Source: a virus. From it: a stretch of 64,000 nucleotides of DNA. Positions 1 through 10,702 of this stretch are shown piece by piece. Location: positions 1-64,000 of the IMG/VR virus record IMGVR_UViG_3300042090_002000; one strand, written 5' to 3'. The number at the start of each line of letters is the position of its first letter. Within the stretch, counting starts at the first letter, position 1. A model generated the notes under the pieces. It was not told the origin of the DNA. It worked only from the letters and a program-made list of their open reading frames with translations, and ran no database searches. The position numbers and the translations under genes were made by a program.

Positions 1-2
1 GG

Positions 3-1730
3 TATCCACAAGGCCCGAACGGCTTGATTGTTGCTGACGGTGCCGTGGGATTTCAACTGAACGTCGACGCGACGGTCATTGCCGCTCCGTACGGTTTTGT
101 GTCGGGTTCGATTGAAGTAGTCTTTCAGTTCAATGCCGCTGGACAGATTCAACCGAATACGGGCGCGGCGGCCCAGATTTATAGCAACGCGGAATTGAAT
201 CCGCAAAACAGCGTGGGGCTGGGCACCTACTATCTCGTCACGTTCTATGACGCGAACGGTGCGCGGATCAACAAAGTTCCGATGTGGTGGCAGTTTCCCG
301 AATCTAGTGGGGCGACAGTCGATATCAGTAAGGTGACCCCGATATCGACGGTGGGAGGCAATATCATATTCTATCCAACAGATTTTGGCGGCACAGGTAC
401 GGTGACCAGCGTCGCGTTCGTCGGCGACGGAACTGTCTTGTCCGCAACTCCTTCGACGCCTGTGACAACGTCGGGTGATCTCATCGCGACTCTGTTGACG
501 CAGAACGCGAATACAATTCTTGCAGGGCCGACAACCGGTGCAGCAGCGGCTCCGACATTCCGCGCGCTTGTCGCAGCGGATATTCCGTCCGTCACTGTGC
601 CGTGGAATAGCATTGCAAATGCAACCGGGGTTTTGACTTTAGCGAACTCCACTTTTGGGACCACATTTAATCACACGTCTGCTGTTACATGGGAGTGGGC
701 AAACACTACTGCCTCGACCAGCGGAGCGAGTCAAAATTCTCCCATTCTTGTTCTGGCAGGTACCTACTGGAATGGATCGGCCAGCGCAGTGGATGATTGG
801 TCGATAGAAGTAGGGATTGCGAACGGCACAAACGGCGCATCTGTACTCGCGTTTACGCACTCCGGTTCGGGCAGTACTGCAAATGAGGTGGCTATCACGA
901 ACGCGAATGCAACAATCAGTGGGAATCTAACTGTCGGAGCCACGATTGTCGCTTCGCAAGTTGCTGCTGCGTTTGCCCAAGATGGATCAGGCATCACATA
1001 CCCCATCACGTCGGTGGCTACTTCTGTGGGATCGACGGCGGTTTATCAGGCCACTATTCCTGCAGGATCGGGGCTGACGGCAGGCATGCGAGTTACGGTG
1101 GCAGGTTTTGTGACACACACAAGCAATAACGGGTATTTCATTTTGGCGAGTGCCAACACTACGTCAATGACGCTCTACAATGCGTCAGCGGTATCCGAAA
1201 CTCATGTGGCCACGGGTGCGGTGGACGAGGGTTTCATCAACCAAGCGGGTTTTGCGGCCAACTTGGGCGTGGCGGCTATTTTCTCTATTGAGGGGACCGC
1301 CTATACGACTGAAGCAGGTTTCGAGGCATTGCCGGGCGGGCCTGCGATCACATTGAATTGCAAAGGCGATGCCGAAGATGCGGCGTATTTGCGCATATTG
1401 AATATCGGTAGCACCGGCGTTCATGGCTTGGAGATTGGCGCAATTGTTGATGGTACTGGCTTGAACCCGATCACGATTCAATTGGGTGATGTGAACGCAG
1501 GAGCGGCGGCAGTGATCATCAACGCGCCTCTTATGTTGAGCGGAGCAACACCAACTGGAACTACAGGGCAGTTGAGTTTTGGAACGACCGCTGGGATTGG
1601 AAATGGGTCTGCTACAAATATGCAGGCTCCGGCGCAAAACACAGGTACGGGTCCTGCTTCTCTTACGGCGGTTAAGTGGCTTGAACTTGATATCGCCGGG
1701 ACGAAATATTGGTATCCGCTGTTTCAGTAA
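3..1730 (+). CDS. Tail fibre/spike-like virion protein (5'-truncated by window edge)
   Basis: G/S/T/A-rich. The frame is open upstream of TTG24 (YPQGPNGLIVADG parallels VQTPASLIVPNG of the next gene). Shares a ~190-aa N-terminal module with 1739..4354. Confidence 0.75.
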   Translation, partial: YPQGPNGLIVADGAVGFQLNVDATVIAAPYGFVSGSIEVVFQFNAAGQIQPNTGAAAQIYSNAELNPQNSVGLGTYYLVTFYDANGARINKVPMWWQFPESSGATVDISKVTPISTVGGNIIFYPTDFGGTGTVTSVAFVGDGTVLSATPSTPVTTSGDLIATLLTQNANTILAGPTTGAAAAPTFRALVAADIPSVTVPWNSIANATGVLTLANSTFGTTFNHTSAVTWEWANTTASTSGASQNSPILVLAGTYWNGSASAVDDWSIEVGIANGTNGASVLAFTHSGSGSTANEVAITNANATISGNLTVGATIVASQVAAAFAQDGSGITYPITSVATSVGSTAVYQATIPAGSGLTAGMRVTVAGFVTHTSNNGYFILASANTTSMTLYNASAVSETHVATGAVDEGFINQAGFAANLGVAAIFSIEGTAYTTEAGFEALPGGPAITLNCKGDAEDAAYLRILNIGSTGVHGLEIGAIVDGTGLNPITIQLGDVNAGAAAVIINAPLMLSGATPTGTTGQLSFGTTAGIGNGSATNMQAPAQNTGTGPASLTAVKWLELDIAGTKYWYPLFQ

Positions 1731-1738
1731 GGTGATTT

Positions 1739-4354
1739 GTGATTACTCTGATAAATGGCAATGTACAAACTCCGGCGAGTCTGATCGTCCCGAATGGATC
1801 GATGACTCTGCAGTTGAATGTCGACGGAACCGTGATTGCGGCTCCGTATGGCATTGTGTTGGCCAATGAGCCTGTGTTGTTTCAATTTGACTCCACGGGA
1901 AACCTTCAGTCTGGCGCACAGATTTATAGCAACGCCGAATTGCAGCCGCAGAATTCGAATGGGCTGGGTACTTACTATCTCGTCACGTTCTATGACGCGA
2001 ACGGCGCTCGCATAAACAAGAATCCCATGTGGTGGCAGTTCACGGAACCTGCCAACTCCACTGTCAACATCAGCGCCATGACGCCATATATGGTCGCGGG
2101 CGGGAACATTATCTATTACCCGATTCCGGTGGGTGGCGACGGAACTGTTACGAGTGTCGCTTTTGTGGGTGATGGCACTATTTTTTCCACAACTCCTTCG
2201 ACCCCAGTGACGAGTGCGGGCGATATTGGGCCTACGCTGCTTACACAAAGCGCGAATACTTTTTTGGCGGGGCCGACATCGGGTGCTGCGGCTGATCCGA
2301 CATTTCGGGCGATTACCGCATCGGATATTTCTGGATTGGTGCCGGGGAGCAGCAACGATATCATTTATAACGAGAGCGGTGCGCTGGCGGCGAATAGCGC
2401 ATTTACCTTTACCCCAAGCACTTTTGCATTTCAGGTTTCGAACGGCGCAGTTGGGACGGCATATATCGGGGCGCTGGATTCTGTACTGGGAAATGTAAGT
2501 TTCCCTCCGGTGAATTTGGGAATCTCCGCGTCAACGGTAATTAACCGGATTGCTGTAGCGAACCAATTGACTGCGACCGGGAGTCCGTACATCGGGTTAG
2601 GCGTCATCAATCAAGATAACTTTGCGAATGATTCAACAGGCGGGATTACAGGATTATTGGTTGACGCGATCTCTAATAACTCCACGACGGTGGGGTATAA
2701 CTCCACGATTTTTCCTAGCGGGATAAATGGAGCATATATTCTCGCTACGCATATTGGAAGCGGCAATCTGACCGGAACAAATTTCGGAGTCGTGGCCTTA
2801 ACTTGTCGGGCGGCGGTTTTTACCAACACGACTGTTTCATCGGTCTGTTCTATCGTGGCTGATACCGGGCATGTGGCCGGAACTACAGTCGGTAAAGCAA
2901 CTGCGATTTGGATTCCCGGTTACACTGATGCCGGAGGGTCCATTGGTGTTGCTCAGGCAATTTATGTCGGACCCTATACGGCGACCGATATCACAACGGC
3001 ATGGGGTTTATATATTGACGGAGTTGCCACTCCGAATTTCTTCGGCGGCAATTCCACGCTGCAGGCTGTACAGATTTCAAACTTGACCGCCGCTACTTCA
3101 GGCGCGAATCAATCATCGCCGCTGGAATTGATTTCTGGGCAGTACTGGACAGGCACGGTGACCGCGACGGATGGGTGGACTTTCCAAGATGTGTTGGGGA
3201 CTGGAGCAAATCCAACCAGTAAGTTGGCGCTAGTGCATTCGGGATCGACGGGTGTGATCGCTTTGCAACTCCCTGCTGCGGCGTCTATCGAATTCGGTAC
3301 CGATACTGGACTTTCGCGCGCCTCTGCAGGTATAGTCGATGTCGGGAATGGGACGCCGGGCGACGCTTCTGGCACGATGAACGCGGCACAGTATAACGTG
3401 GCGGGTGTGCAGATCGCGGCATCAAATCTTTCCAATGGGACAACTGGTACGGGAGCAATCGTACTAGCGGCGTCACCGGCATTGACTGGGGCCCCGGCGA
3501 TAGCGGCAGCAACAGCCACTACACCCGCCACATCGGACAATAGCACTAATGTAGCGACAACGGCATATGTGCAGGCGCAGGGGTATGTTCCAAACGGGTC
3601 GTTTGTAATTGCCGGAATTGTGGTGCCGAACCCTAAACTAATCGGCTCATCTTTCGCTGTGACAGCGGGCAATAATGATGTCTATACGGTGCCTGCGAAT
3701 CGTCGCGCAATTTGGTATGGGACATGGATTGCAAATAACACCGGCACAACAGGCTCGTGGTATGCGTGTTTGAAAATCAGCGGGACCTACTATCAGATTC
3801 AACCATCACAATCTCTGACTGGGGGCGGGGCTACGCCCGGAAGTGTCAATACAGGAACGACAGATGCTTTTGCAATGATATTGGAGGCCGGACAATCCCT
3901 TTCATGGGTGGTTGCGACCAGCGGGGCTGGATACATATGGACCTCGATTTTAGAATTCGATAACACATCTCCGGTATCGCAGATTTTTATTCCTGCTTTA
4001 GTGACCGGCAACAACACCATTGCCACCGCACCTACAGGGAAACATATTACTATTTTGAATACTGCACAAGTAGTTGTAAACCAAGGGACGATTGCTGCTC
4101 AGAGTTTGTTTATATATAATAAATCAGGGTCGAGCATTACAGGAAACACTCTCACCATCACACCGAACGGTGGGTCAAACATAGTCATTGCGGCCACATT
4201 TACATCGAGTTCTTCGTCAGTTGGTGCAACTACGGTGGCCACAACCATAACGGCTCCCGGCCCTTTTACACTGAATGCGGGAGACTCTTTAATTCTTTCG
4301 GCAGGAACCGTCGCAGGCAGCGCATATTTGTGGGGATACCAACTGACGTATTAA
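1739..4354 (+). CDS. Tail fibre protein
   Basis: G/S/T-rich 871 aa; contains the fibre motif TPATSDNSTNVATTAYVQ; paralogous N-terminus. Confidence 0.8.
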   Translation: MITLINGNVQTPASLIVPNGSMTLQLNVDGTVIAAPYGIVLANEPVLFQFDSTGNLQSGAQIYSNAELQPQNSNGLGTYYLVTFYDANGARINKNPMWWQFTEPANSTVNISAMTPYMVAGGNIIYYPIPVGGDGTVTSVAFVGDGTIFSTTPSTPVTSAGDIGPTLLTQSANTFLAGPTSGAAADPTFRAITASDISGLVPGSSNDIIYNESGALAANSAFTFTPSTFAFQVSNGAVGTAYIGALDSVLGNVSFPPVNLGISASTVINRIAVANQLTATGSPYIGLGVINQDNFANDSTGGITGLLVDAISNNSTTVGYNSTIFPSGINGAYILATHIGSGNLTGTNFGVVALTCRAAVFTNTTVSSVCSIVADTGHVAGTTVGKATAIWIPGYTDAGGSIGVAQAIYVGPYTATDITTAWGLYIDGVATPNFFGGNSTLQAVQISNLTAATSGANQSSPLELISGQYWTGTVTATDGWTFQDVLGTGANPTSKLALVHSGSTGVIALQLPAAASIEFGTDTGLSRASAGIVDVGNGTPGDASGTMNAAQYNVAGVQIAASNLSNGTTGTGAIVLAASPALTGAPAIAAATATTPATSDNSTNVATTAYVQAQGYVPNGSFVIAGIVVPNPKLIGSSFAVTAGNNDVYTVPANRRAIWYGTWIANNTGTTGSWYACLKISGTYYQIQPSQSLTGGGATPGSVNTGTTDAFAMILEAGQSLSWVVATSGAGYIWTSILEFDNTSPVSQIFIPALVTGNNTIATAPTGKHITILNTAQVVVNQGTIAAQSLFIYNKSGSSITGNTLTITPNGGSNIVIAATFTSSSSSVGATTVATTITAPGPFTLNAGDSLILSAGTVAGSAYLWGYQLTY

Positions 4355-4370
4355 AGCGTCCGGAGTTGAG

Positions 4371-4580
4371 ATGAATAAAATCGGCAAATTCTTTTTGGTA
4401 GTATTTACCATGGCTGGGGCAGTCCTGACTATGGAACATACGATGTATTTTTTGACGAACCCTCCCGGGATTGAGCAATGGCGCTCACTCTGCGACGTGG
4501 CCGGATCGGCGTCTCTTCTTGTGATGGCATCTCTCGCGCTCACATATCTGCGGAAACAAGACTTCTCAAACCATAAGTAG
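4371..4580 (+). CDS. Small two-TM membrane protein
   Basis: GGAG RBS; two hydrophobic segments. Confidence 0.55.
   Translation: MNKIGKFFLVVFTMAGAVLTMEHTMYFLTNPPGIEQWRSLCDVAGSASLLVMASLALTYLRKQDFSNHK
4560..4579 (+). promoter_or_regulatory. Phage-specific late-gene element GACTT-N7-CATAAGTA
   Basis: gactt-ctcaaac-cataagta; one of ~10 copies. Confidence 0.65.
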
Positions 4581-4622
4581 AGGGTTCTTCCCTCTTCAAA
4601 TATATGAACTTGCGCCGCTCGA

Positions 4623-4706
4623 ATGAGAGGGAGAAAACTATCTCCTGAAACACGAGCAAAGATGTCTGCTTCGCATCAAAAACAGGATCAAACATATGGC
4701 TCGTAA
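4623..4706 (+). pseudogene. NUMOD3 remnant of a deleted homing endonuclease
   Basis: Translates to MRGRKLSPETRAKMSASHQKQDQTYGS*, a typical NUMOD3 motif; no nuclease domain. Confidence 0.55.
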
Positions 4707-7700
4707 AATCAGTCAACAAGACCCTGCGCTCGCCATTGAATTTTTTTTATCGGGCTTCTACACCCACAGGTCGCAGCTATTCGCACCCTTCAAAGGTGTG
4801 GGCGTAAACGTCATTTCGTTCCATGACCCCGTGATTGACGGGCACAACATGGAAGACACCGATCTATACGAGTGGACGCGCCGGGCCGGGTACTCGATCT
4901 TCTGTCCTATTGCTTTGCCCGATGGGGAAGTCGTCAATCAATACTACTCTTCTCGAAATTTGAACGGCACTGTGTTGCCGTGGGTGGACACGACTCGTCG
5001 GATCGCGCTGTTCTCTTCGACCAGTCTTACAACCGTTTTGAATAAGACGACGACTGCGCAGGGGTATGTCACAACCATTGGAAACATGACCTATCTTTCT
5101 GATGGTGCTTCTGCCGATCTTATGAAATTCGACGGCACGAATTTAAGCGTGTGGGGGCTTGCGGCTCCGACGACAATCCCTACGTCGACCGGGCTGGGAT
5201 TTTGGCAACCGGATACGCACTTCAGTTTGGGAAATTCAATTCAAGATACGAACGGAAACGTGGAATCGGTTTCTGCGATTCTTGTTCCGAATGGTGCCAT
5301 TGAGTCGCCAACGGCATTTTACAACCTCGCACTCGCGGGCAGCACCGGATCAGGCTGGACCGGTACGATTGGTCCCGGCGGAACAGTTTCGAATACCGTG
5401 TCGGTGACGCCGGGATATACCGACTATGTGTTTTTCGGAAATTGTAATTTGGGTGTTCCATCAGGCGCAACGATTTTAGGCGTGGTGATCAGCATTCCGA
5501 AAGAAATTTTGGGTGGCACTGCGGTTGATGAATCTGTGAAGCTGGTAATTGGCGGAGCCGTGGCCGGTGTAGAACACGCCTCTGCGACGCCATGGAACAC
5601 ATTGTCGTTGACGAGCACCACATACGGAACTCCGACAGATAACTGGGGTGGTTTGACTCCTTCGCAGGCGAATACAAATGGTGCGGGTGGGTTTGGTTTC
5701 GCCATTGCAGCCGATGTGCTCAGCACAACGAACTTCAATCTGATACAGAGCAACACGGCAAATAATATAGAAGCATCGACCACCCTCTGCGCGTTCAACA
5801 ATCCGGTGCAAGCAGGCAATACACTGGTGGTTTGTTACGCAGGATTCAATCAATCATTCGTCTCGATTCATGACACACTGGGCACCACATACACTTTAGC
5901 CGCCACATCGATAAATGGGGAAATGACTCTGCTCTGTTTTGTGGGCCATGTCGCCTCCGGCGGCCCTAACACGGTCACAGCATCGGTCAATAATCTCCAC
6001 TTCAATTCTTTCACGGCACTCAATATCCATGAGTTCAGCGGCATCGTTTCAGTCTCACCTATCGAAGTCACGGGCACACATAATTCCTTGCCCGCTCCGA
6101 ATCAATCTCCGTTTAATACCGGAACCGTGACGACGGCGAATGCGACTGACCTGTTATTTTCTATGGTGCAGGGCGGTACTGGCATCACACAACCCGCCGC
6201 GTATACATATGCGACGCAAAATGTGGTGAATGATACTCCGGGCAGTTTTATTACGACCATTGGGACCGCTTTTGCAGCACCGGGGGTAACTGGAACATTC
6301 TCACCAGAGTGGAGTGAAGGAAGCACGGGTTTGACTGTGGCACTTAAATCTGCGCAAACAGCCACAGCCGTTATTGGGGCAGGTAGTCCCAATCTTCCGA
6401 TTGTGACGATCTATTACAAATTGCCTTCGGGTGTTGGTCCCGGCTACTCAGGAAATACGGAACCGATCTGGCCGGTGAATCTTGGCACCAGTGTGAACGA
6501 TGGTGGTCTTGCGTGGACGAACTATGGTGCAGCGGCGGTGTGGTACCCCCTTACGAACTATCCGACACCCATCGTGATTTTGGATACGAACGGATTTTTG
6601 CAACTCGCAACAGCAGTTGCGAATCCTGTTCAGCCGTGGGCCAGTGGCACCACTTACGCAGTGGGCAATGTGGTCACATTCGGGGGAAATTTCTGGATTT
6701 CCACTGTCAACTCCAACACGGGAATTGCGCCGAATGCGAACTACAGTGTGGCGGTGACATCTGGCAGCACAGTGACGACGACCGCTTATTGGGCGCTCGC
6801 AAACAACCCAGTGCAGACAGGTTCGATTGCGCCGGTGTGGAATACCACTATTGGCGGCACGACAGTTGACGGCAGCTACACATGGACGAACATCGGGCAA
6901 GGTTCACAACTCGCAGTCACGGGATATGCCTACGTCTATGCTTTCCGCACGATCTATGGGCACTTGACGACCGCGAGTCCGTACAGCAACAACACAGGTG
7001 CAATTCTGGGACCGTTGAACGGAAGCATCTCTGGGTATTCAATCACCAGCGACGTGGTGACTTTCTTTGGAAGCAACAACTTCATTCCGGGGAACGTGTT
7101 CACGGTGCAGGGGCTGACGACTGGCGTGTATTTGAACGAGCAAGTGTTCACGGTTATCTCTGCGACCGACTCGCAGATTTTCCCGCTGACTTCGGTTGCG
7201 GTGAGTGCAGATGTTCTTACAATTCAAGCAATCAACAATCTTGTGGCAGGCCAGCAGGTGACGTTCAGTAGCGTCGGCACCGCGACGTTCTTGAATGGTG
7301 TGACCGTCACCGTGTTGTCCGGTGGTTTATCTGGTACGCAGTTCGAAGCGAATTTCACGCACACGAACTATGGGCCGACCGCCGATACGGGCGACGTGCT
7401 TTTGAACGGAAGTTGGACCGCGACATTCACTCACGCAGATACAGGTGGGCTAGTCGCTGACGCTGGGCAGGCTCTCCCGCTGATATCAACGGTGACGGGG
7501 ACAGGAACGGGCTCTCCGCTCTGTAATTCCGTGGCGAACATTACCGGGTTATCCGTGACAGACAACCTCGTGACGCTGATCGCCAGCAATAATTTTCAGC
7601 CGGGGATTTGGGTCACCATCGCGGGATTGACGACCGCGACGTATCTCAACGATCAACAATTTCAGGTGATCTCTGTCGACCAATTAGTCGGCACGCAGAA

Positions 7701-9573
7701 CACCCAGTTTCAAATTTTCTTTGAGACCGCGAACTCTGTTTTCACGGCGGATTCCGGCACAGCCACATTCAACGCGGTGGAGATTTATCGCACGTCGGAT
7801 GGCGGCGGTCAGTATTTGTTCGACGGCGCTGTGACGAATCCCGGCGCATTCCTGCCGTGGACCTTTGATGATTTCGTGCCCGATGCCGATCTCGATGTAG
7901 ATTTGGAAGCGGCACTGGACGATCAGAATGATCCCCCTCCGGGCGGCCCGGGCTCGACGATCACCACAACCGTGGGTACGATCTCTGCGTACTGGAATGG
8001 GCGTATCTGGTTGGTGGTGGGCAACTATGTTTATTTCGATGCGGGACCGGATTGCACAAACGGCATCCCTGAAGAATCATGGCCCCCGGGAAATCGATTC
8101 CAATTCGCAGGGCCGGTGATTGGGTTGGAGCCGATGCAAAGCGGAGCCGGGCTGATTGTTTACTTGGCCGACCGCGTCAACGTGATTTTGGGTGGACCAG
8201 AAACGATCAGTTTCTATCCCGATGATTTCTTGACCAATTTTGGTATTGCGAATCCGAACGCGGTGTTCAAAGATGGCTCCATGCTGGGCCAGTTCACCAC
8301 ACAGGCGTACTACACGGAATTGTCTGGGCGAGAGCGGCAGGAGATCGGCGAACACATCGCGGATTATTTGTCGGAGAATTTCACCCCGGCGAAGACGTAC
8401 GTCACGATGCACCGTAATGGACTCGATGTCGGAGTCTTCGTCAGCAACGGTGTGGATCAGATCGTGCGGTACGGGACAAACATCGGGGCATGGAGTGTTC
8501 CGGCGTATCCGATTTTTGGTGCGGGTGCGTTGAATTCGGTGGAGACTTCAGTTGGAATTTACAGCTTGATGACGGCATCGCCGACTGGTGGTGTGACGGG
8601 CGCAACAGCGGCGCTCAACCCCGGTTCTGGAGTTTCGGTGACGGGCACTGGCATCGCGTGGCTCAACCCCGGCAACATTACGGCGGGGAGCCCGACAAGT
8701 TATGCGACAGTGACATTCGCTGGCGCTGCTGCCGCTTCGCAGATTTTGCGCGCTGCTGCCTACGCACTCTCGACACTACCGTCGACCGCAGTTGTGCAAG
8801 GTATTCAAGTTGCGATCACCGGAAAGCAATCTGAGATTCTAGGTGATCTTTCTTTCACTATCGCCCCAACAAACGCGGTTGCTGGGGCCACGACGCACAC
8901 GGGGTCTTTTGGGACTTCGAATACTACGGTGGTTTTTGGTAGCGCCACGGACACATGGAACATGCCTGCATGGATGATTCCGACGAATTTGGTGAACGGC
9001 GCTTTGAGTTTTGATATTACCGCAAAATACACTGCAGCCAGCACACCGGAGATGTTCATATCCGAAGTGCAGGTGACGATCACATATCAGAATCCGGGCA
9101 ACTATCTTTATGCGCGCGATATCAACTCATGGGGCGATTGCGGCGGCTTCGGCCTGAACAACGGCACGCCGTACACGGACTGCGACATTGTGTTGGGTAG
9201 CATAACGCTGACTCAGCCGGGGGCACGGTTGATGTCTCTGCAGCACATCGTTGGATATTTCGATGCGGTTGGAAATCTTGGCACGCAGGACAACGGCGGC
9301 TCATCATATCCAGAAGTTTGGGTGATGCCCAATGAAATTTCGGATACGAAGGGAATTGGATTTATTCAATTACCTGATGTGACTCAAGAGCCGCCGGTCG
9401 GGCAGAACATCCCGTCGCAATCTCTTCTCGCTTTGCGCTGGCCAGTGAACATGATGAACTCGACGCTCGCCAGCCAACTGATGCACCATTTGCAAGTGCG
9501 AATTCTGTTCAACCCGGAAAATGCGCCGAACACGATCAAGGCGCTCGCATTTATGGAGAGTCAAGAAACTTGA
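4696..9573 (+). CDS. Large tail nozzle/head-stabilisation-like virion protein with inserted beta-rich domains
   Basis: 1625 aa; beta-propeller-like segments (e.g. YWNGRIWLVVGNYVYF); located before the ejection genes like P22 gp10/T7 gp12. Confidence 0.6.
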   Translation: MARKISQQDPALAIEFFLSGFYTHRSQLFAPFKGVGVNVISFHDPVIDGHNMEDTDLYEWTRRAGYSIFCPIALPDGEVVNQYYSSRNLNGTVLPWVDTTRRIALFSSTSLTTVLNKTTTAQGYVTTIGNMTYLSDGASADLMKFDGTNLSVWGLAAPTTIPTSTGLGFWQPDTHFSLGNSIQDTNGNVESVSAILVPNGAIESPTAFYNLALAGSTGSGWTGTIGPGGTVSNTVSVTPGYTDYVFFGNCNLGVPSGATILGVVISIPKEILGGTAVDESVKLVIGGAVAGVEHASATPWNTLSLTSTTYGTPTDNWGGLTPSQANTNGAGGFGFAIAADVLSTTNFNLIQSNTANNIEASTTLCAFNNPVQAGNTLVVCYAGFNQSFVSIHDTLGTTYTLAATSINGEMTLLCFVGHVASGGPNTVTASVNNLHFNSFTALNIHEFSGIVSVSPIEVTGTHNSLPAPNQSPFNTGTVTTANATDLLFSMVQGGTGITQPAAYTYATQNVVNDTPGSFITTIGTAFAAPGVTGTFSPEWSEGSTGLTVALKSAQTATAVIGAGSPNLPIVTIYYKLPSGVGPGYSGNTEPIWPVNLGTSVNDGGLAWTNYGAAAVWYPLTNYPTPIVILDTNGFLQLATAVANPVQPWASGTTYAVGNVVTFGGNFWISTVNSNTGIAPNANYSVAVTSGSTVTTTAYWALANNPVQTGSIAPVWNTTIGGTTVDGSYTWTNIGQGSQLAVTGYAYVYAFRTIYGHLTTASPYSNNTGAILGPLNGSISGYSITSDVVTFFGSNNFIPGNVFTVQGLTTGVYLNEQVFTVISATDSQIFPLTSVAVSADVLTIQAINNLVAGQQVTFSSVGTATFLNGVTVTVLSGGLSGTQFEANFTHTNYGPTADTGDVLLNGSWTATFTHADTGGLVADAGQALPLISTVTGTGTGSPLCNSVANITGLSVTDNLVTLIASNNFQPGIWVTIAGLTTATYLNDQQFQVISVDQLVGTQNTQFQIFFETANSVFTADSGTATFNAVEIYRTSDGGGQYLFDGAVTNPGAFLPWTFDDFVPDADLDVDLEAALDDQNDPPPGGPGSTITTTVGTISAYWNGRIWLVVGNYVYFDAGPDCTNGIPEESWPPGNRFQFAGPVIGLEPMQSGAGLIVYLADRVNVILGGPETISFYPDDFLTNFGIANPNAVFKDGSMLGQFTTQAYYTELSGRERQEIGEHIADYLSENFTPAKTYVTMHRNGLDVGVFVSNGVDQIVRYGTNIGAWSVPAYPIFGAGALNSVETSVGIYSLMTASPTGGVTGATAALNPGSGVSVTGTGIAWLNPGNITAGSPTSYATVTFAGAAAASQILRAAAYALSTLPSTAVVQGIQVAITGKQSEILGDLSFTIAPTNAVAGATTHTGSFGTSNTTVVFGSATDTWNMPAWMIPTNLVNGALSFDITAKYTAASTPEMFISEVQVTITYQNPGNYLYARDINSWGDCGGFGLNNGTPYTDCDIVLGSITLTQPGARLMSLQHIVGYFDAVGNLGTQDNGGSSYPEVWVMPNEISDTKGIGFIQLPDVTQEPPVGQNIPSQSLLALRWPVNMMNSTLASQLMHHLQVRILFNPENAPNTIKALAFMESQET

Positions 9574-9625
9574 TGGCTTACATTTTACGACTTTCTATGC
9601 TATAGTATCGGCATAGGAGATCGCC

Positions 9626-10186
9626 ATGTTTGTCTATGTGATTGTTTGCAGTGAGACGCAGAAGATTTATATCGGGCAGCATAAGCGGGATGACTTGCGC
9701 CACTACCTGCAGCAGAAGTGGTACGAGGCACATAACAATGTGAAACGGCGGTCGCATTTATATGCGGCGATGCGACGACACTCACGCGAGACGTGGAGCA
9801 TTCATTCTTTGGTTTCTGGGATTGAGACGCGGGCGGAAGTTGATGCGCTAGAAAAACATTTTATTCGGGCATTGAATACGCAACACCCTGAAGTTGGGTA
9901 CAACATTTGTGCAGGCGGAGAGGGGTTTGCGGGGGAGTTTACACCTGAACATCGCGCAAAACTTCGGGCTGCGATTGCGAATCGTGATCCAGCGGCGGAG
10001 GCGGAGCGGCGAAAACAAATCAGCGAAAAAATGAGTGTCATCATGCTTGGCAACACACATTATCGGGGGAACATTAAATCGTTGTGTAAATACGGACACC
10101 CGATCACAGAGCAGTACGGGAAAAGATTTTGTTTAACCTGCAGTCGAATTCAGTCGCGGGATTGGTATCGCGCTAGAAAGGCATAA
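9626..10186 (+). CDS. GIY-YIG homing endonuclease
   Basis: FVY...KIYIG, E-K-H-FI, GYNI.AGGEG and a NUMOD-like tail. Confidence 0.85.
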   Translation: MFVYVIVCSETQKIYIGQHKRDDLRHYLQQKWYEAHNNVKRRSHLYAAMRRHSRETWSIHSLVSGIETRAEVDALEKHFIRALNTQHPEVGYNICAGGEGFAGEFTPEHRAKLRAAIANRDPAAEAERRKQISEKMSVIMLGNTHYRGNIKSLCKYGHPITEQYGKRFCLTCSRIQSRDWYRARKA

Positions 10187-10189
10187 ACA

Positions 10190-10666
10190 ATGAATCAACA
10201 GGACACAATCGTCACGCCGCATCCGGGCAAGGTTCCCAGTACGCCGATTTTGTGGCCGGTCGATCAACACAAGTCGAACCAGATTCAGCAGACCAAAGGA
10301 TCGGCGAAGCCGCTGAGTACCAGCGTGCGCCCGACCACGCAACCGAACCAATCGCGCGTCTCGCCGCGCACGACCCCGAAGCCAGTCAACACTGTGCGGG
10401 TGGTGACGAAGCCAGCGGTGAACGGACAAAAAACCATTACGGTTCAGTTCAATCACCCGGGCGGAGATCAATATTTCGCCGGGGCCAACGTCTATTTGAA
10501 AAAGGGAAAGGGCCAGCCCGCGCAAGTCGCGAGCGGAGCCAAATCCCCGTTGTCGTTTACTGTGCCCGTTAGCACGGCTCCGCATACGATAGTGATCACG
10601 AGTGTAGGGAATTGGGGAGAAACTCCTGTCTTGTCAAGCCCGTCGGCGCGAGTTCGGTTGCAGTAA
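10190..10666 (+). CDS. Hypothetical virion protein with Ig/Fn3-like C-terminus
   Basis: Beta-sandwich-like C-terminal half; within the structural operon. Confidence 0.55.
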   Translation: MNQQDTIVTPHPGKVPSTPILWPVDQHKSNQIQQTKGSAKPLSTSVRPTTQPNQSRVSPRTTPKPVNTVRVVTKPAVNGQKTITVQFNHPGGDQYFAGANVYLKKGKGQPAQVASGAKSPLSFTVPVSTAPHTIVITSVGNWGETPVLSSPSARVRLQ

Positions 10667-10671
10667 ATTAA

Positions 10672-10691
10672 GACTTCTCGTGTCATAAGTA
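10672..10691 (+). promoter_or_regulatory. Late-gene element GACTT-N7-CATAAGTA
   Basis: gactt-ctcgtgt-cataagta directly followed by RBS AGGGG. Confidence 0.7.
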
Positions 10692-10702
10692 AGGGGCAAA
10701 CC

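Noticed and set aside
3-4354. Diversity-generating retroelement or invertible tail-fibre cassette
   Set aside because: No reverse transcriptase, no adenine-specific TR/VR pair, and the duplicated modules are direct rather than inverted.
9589-9608. Additional late element (GACTT-N7-TATAGTAT); a weaker one at 39362
   Set aside because: Poor match in the second half; 9589 is equally explained as an extended -10 sigma70 promoter.
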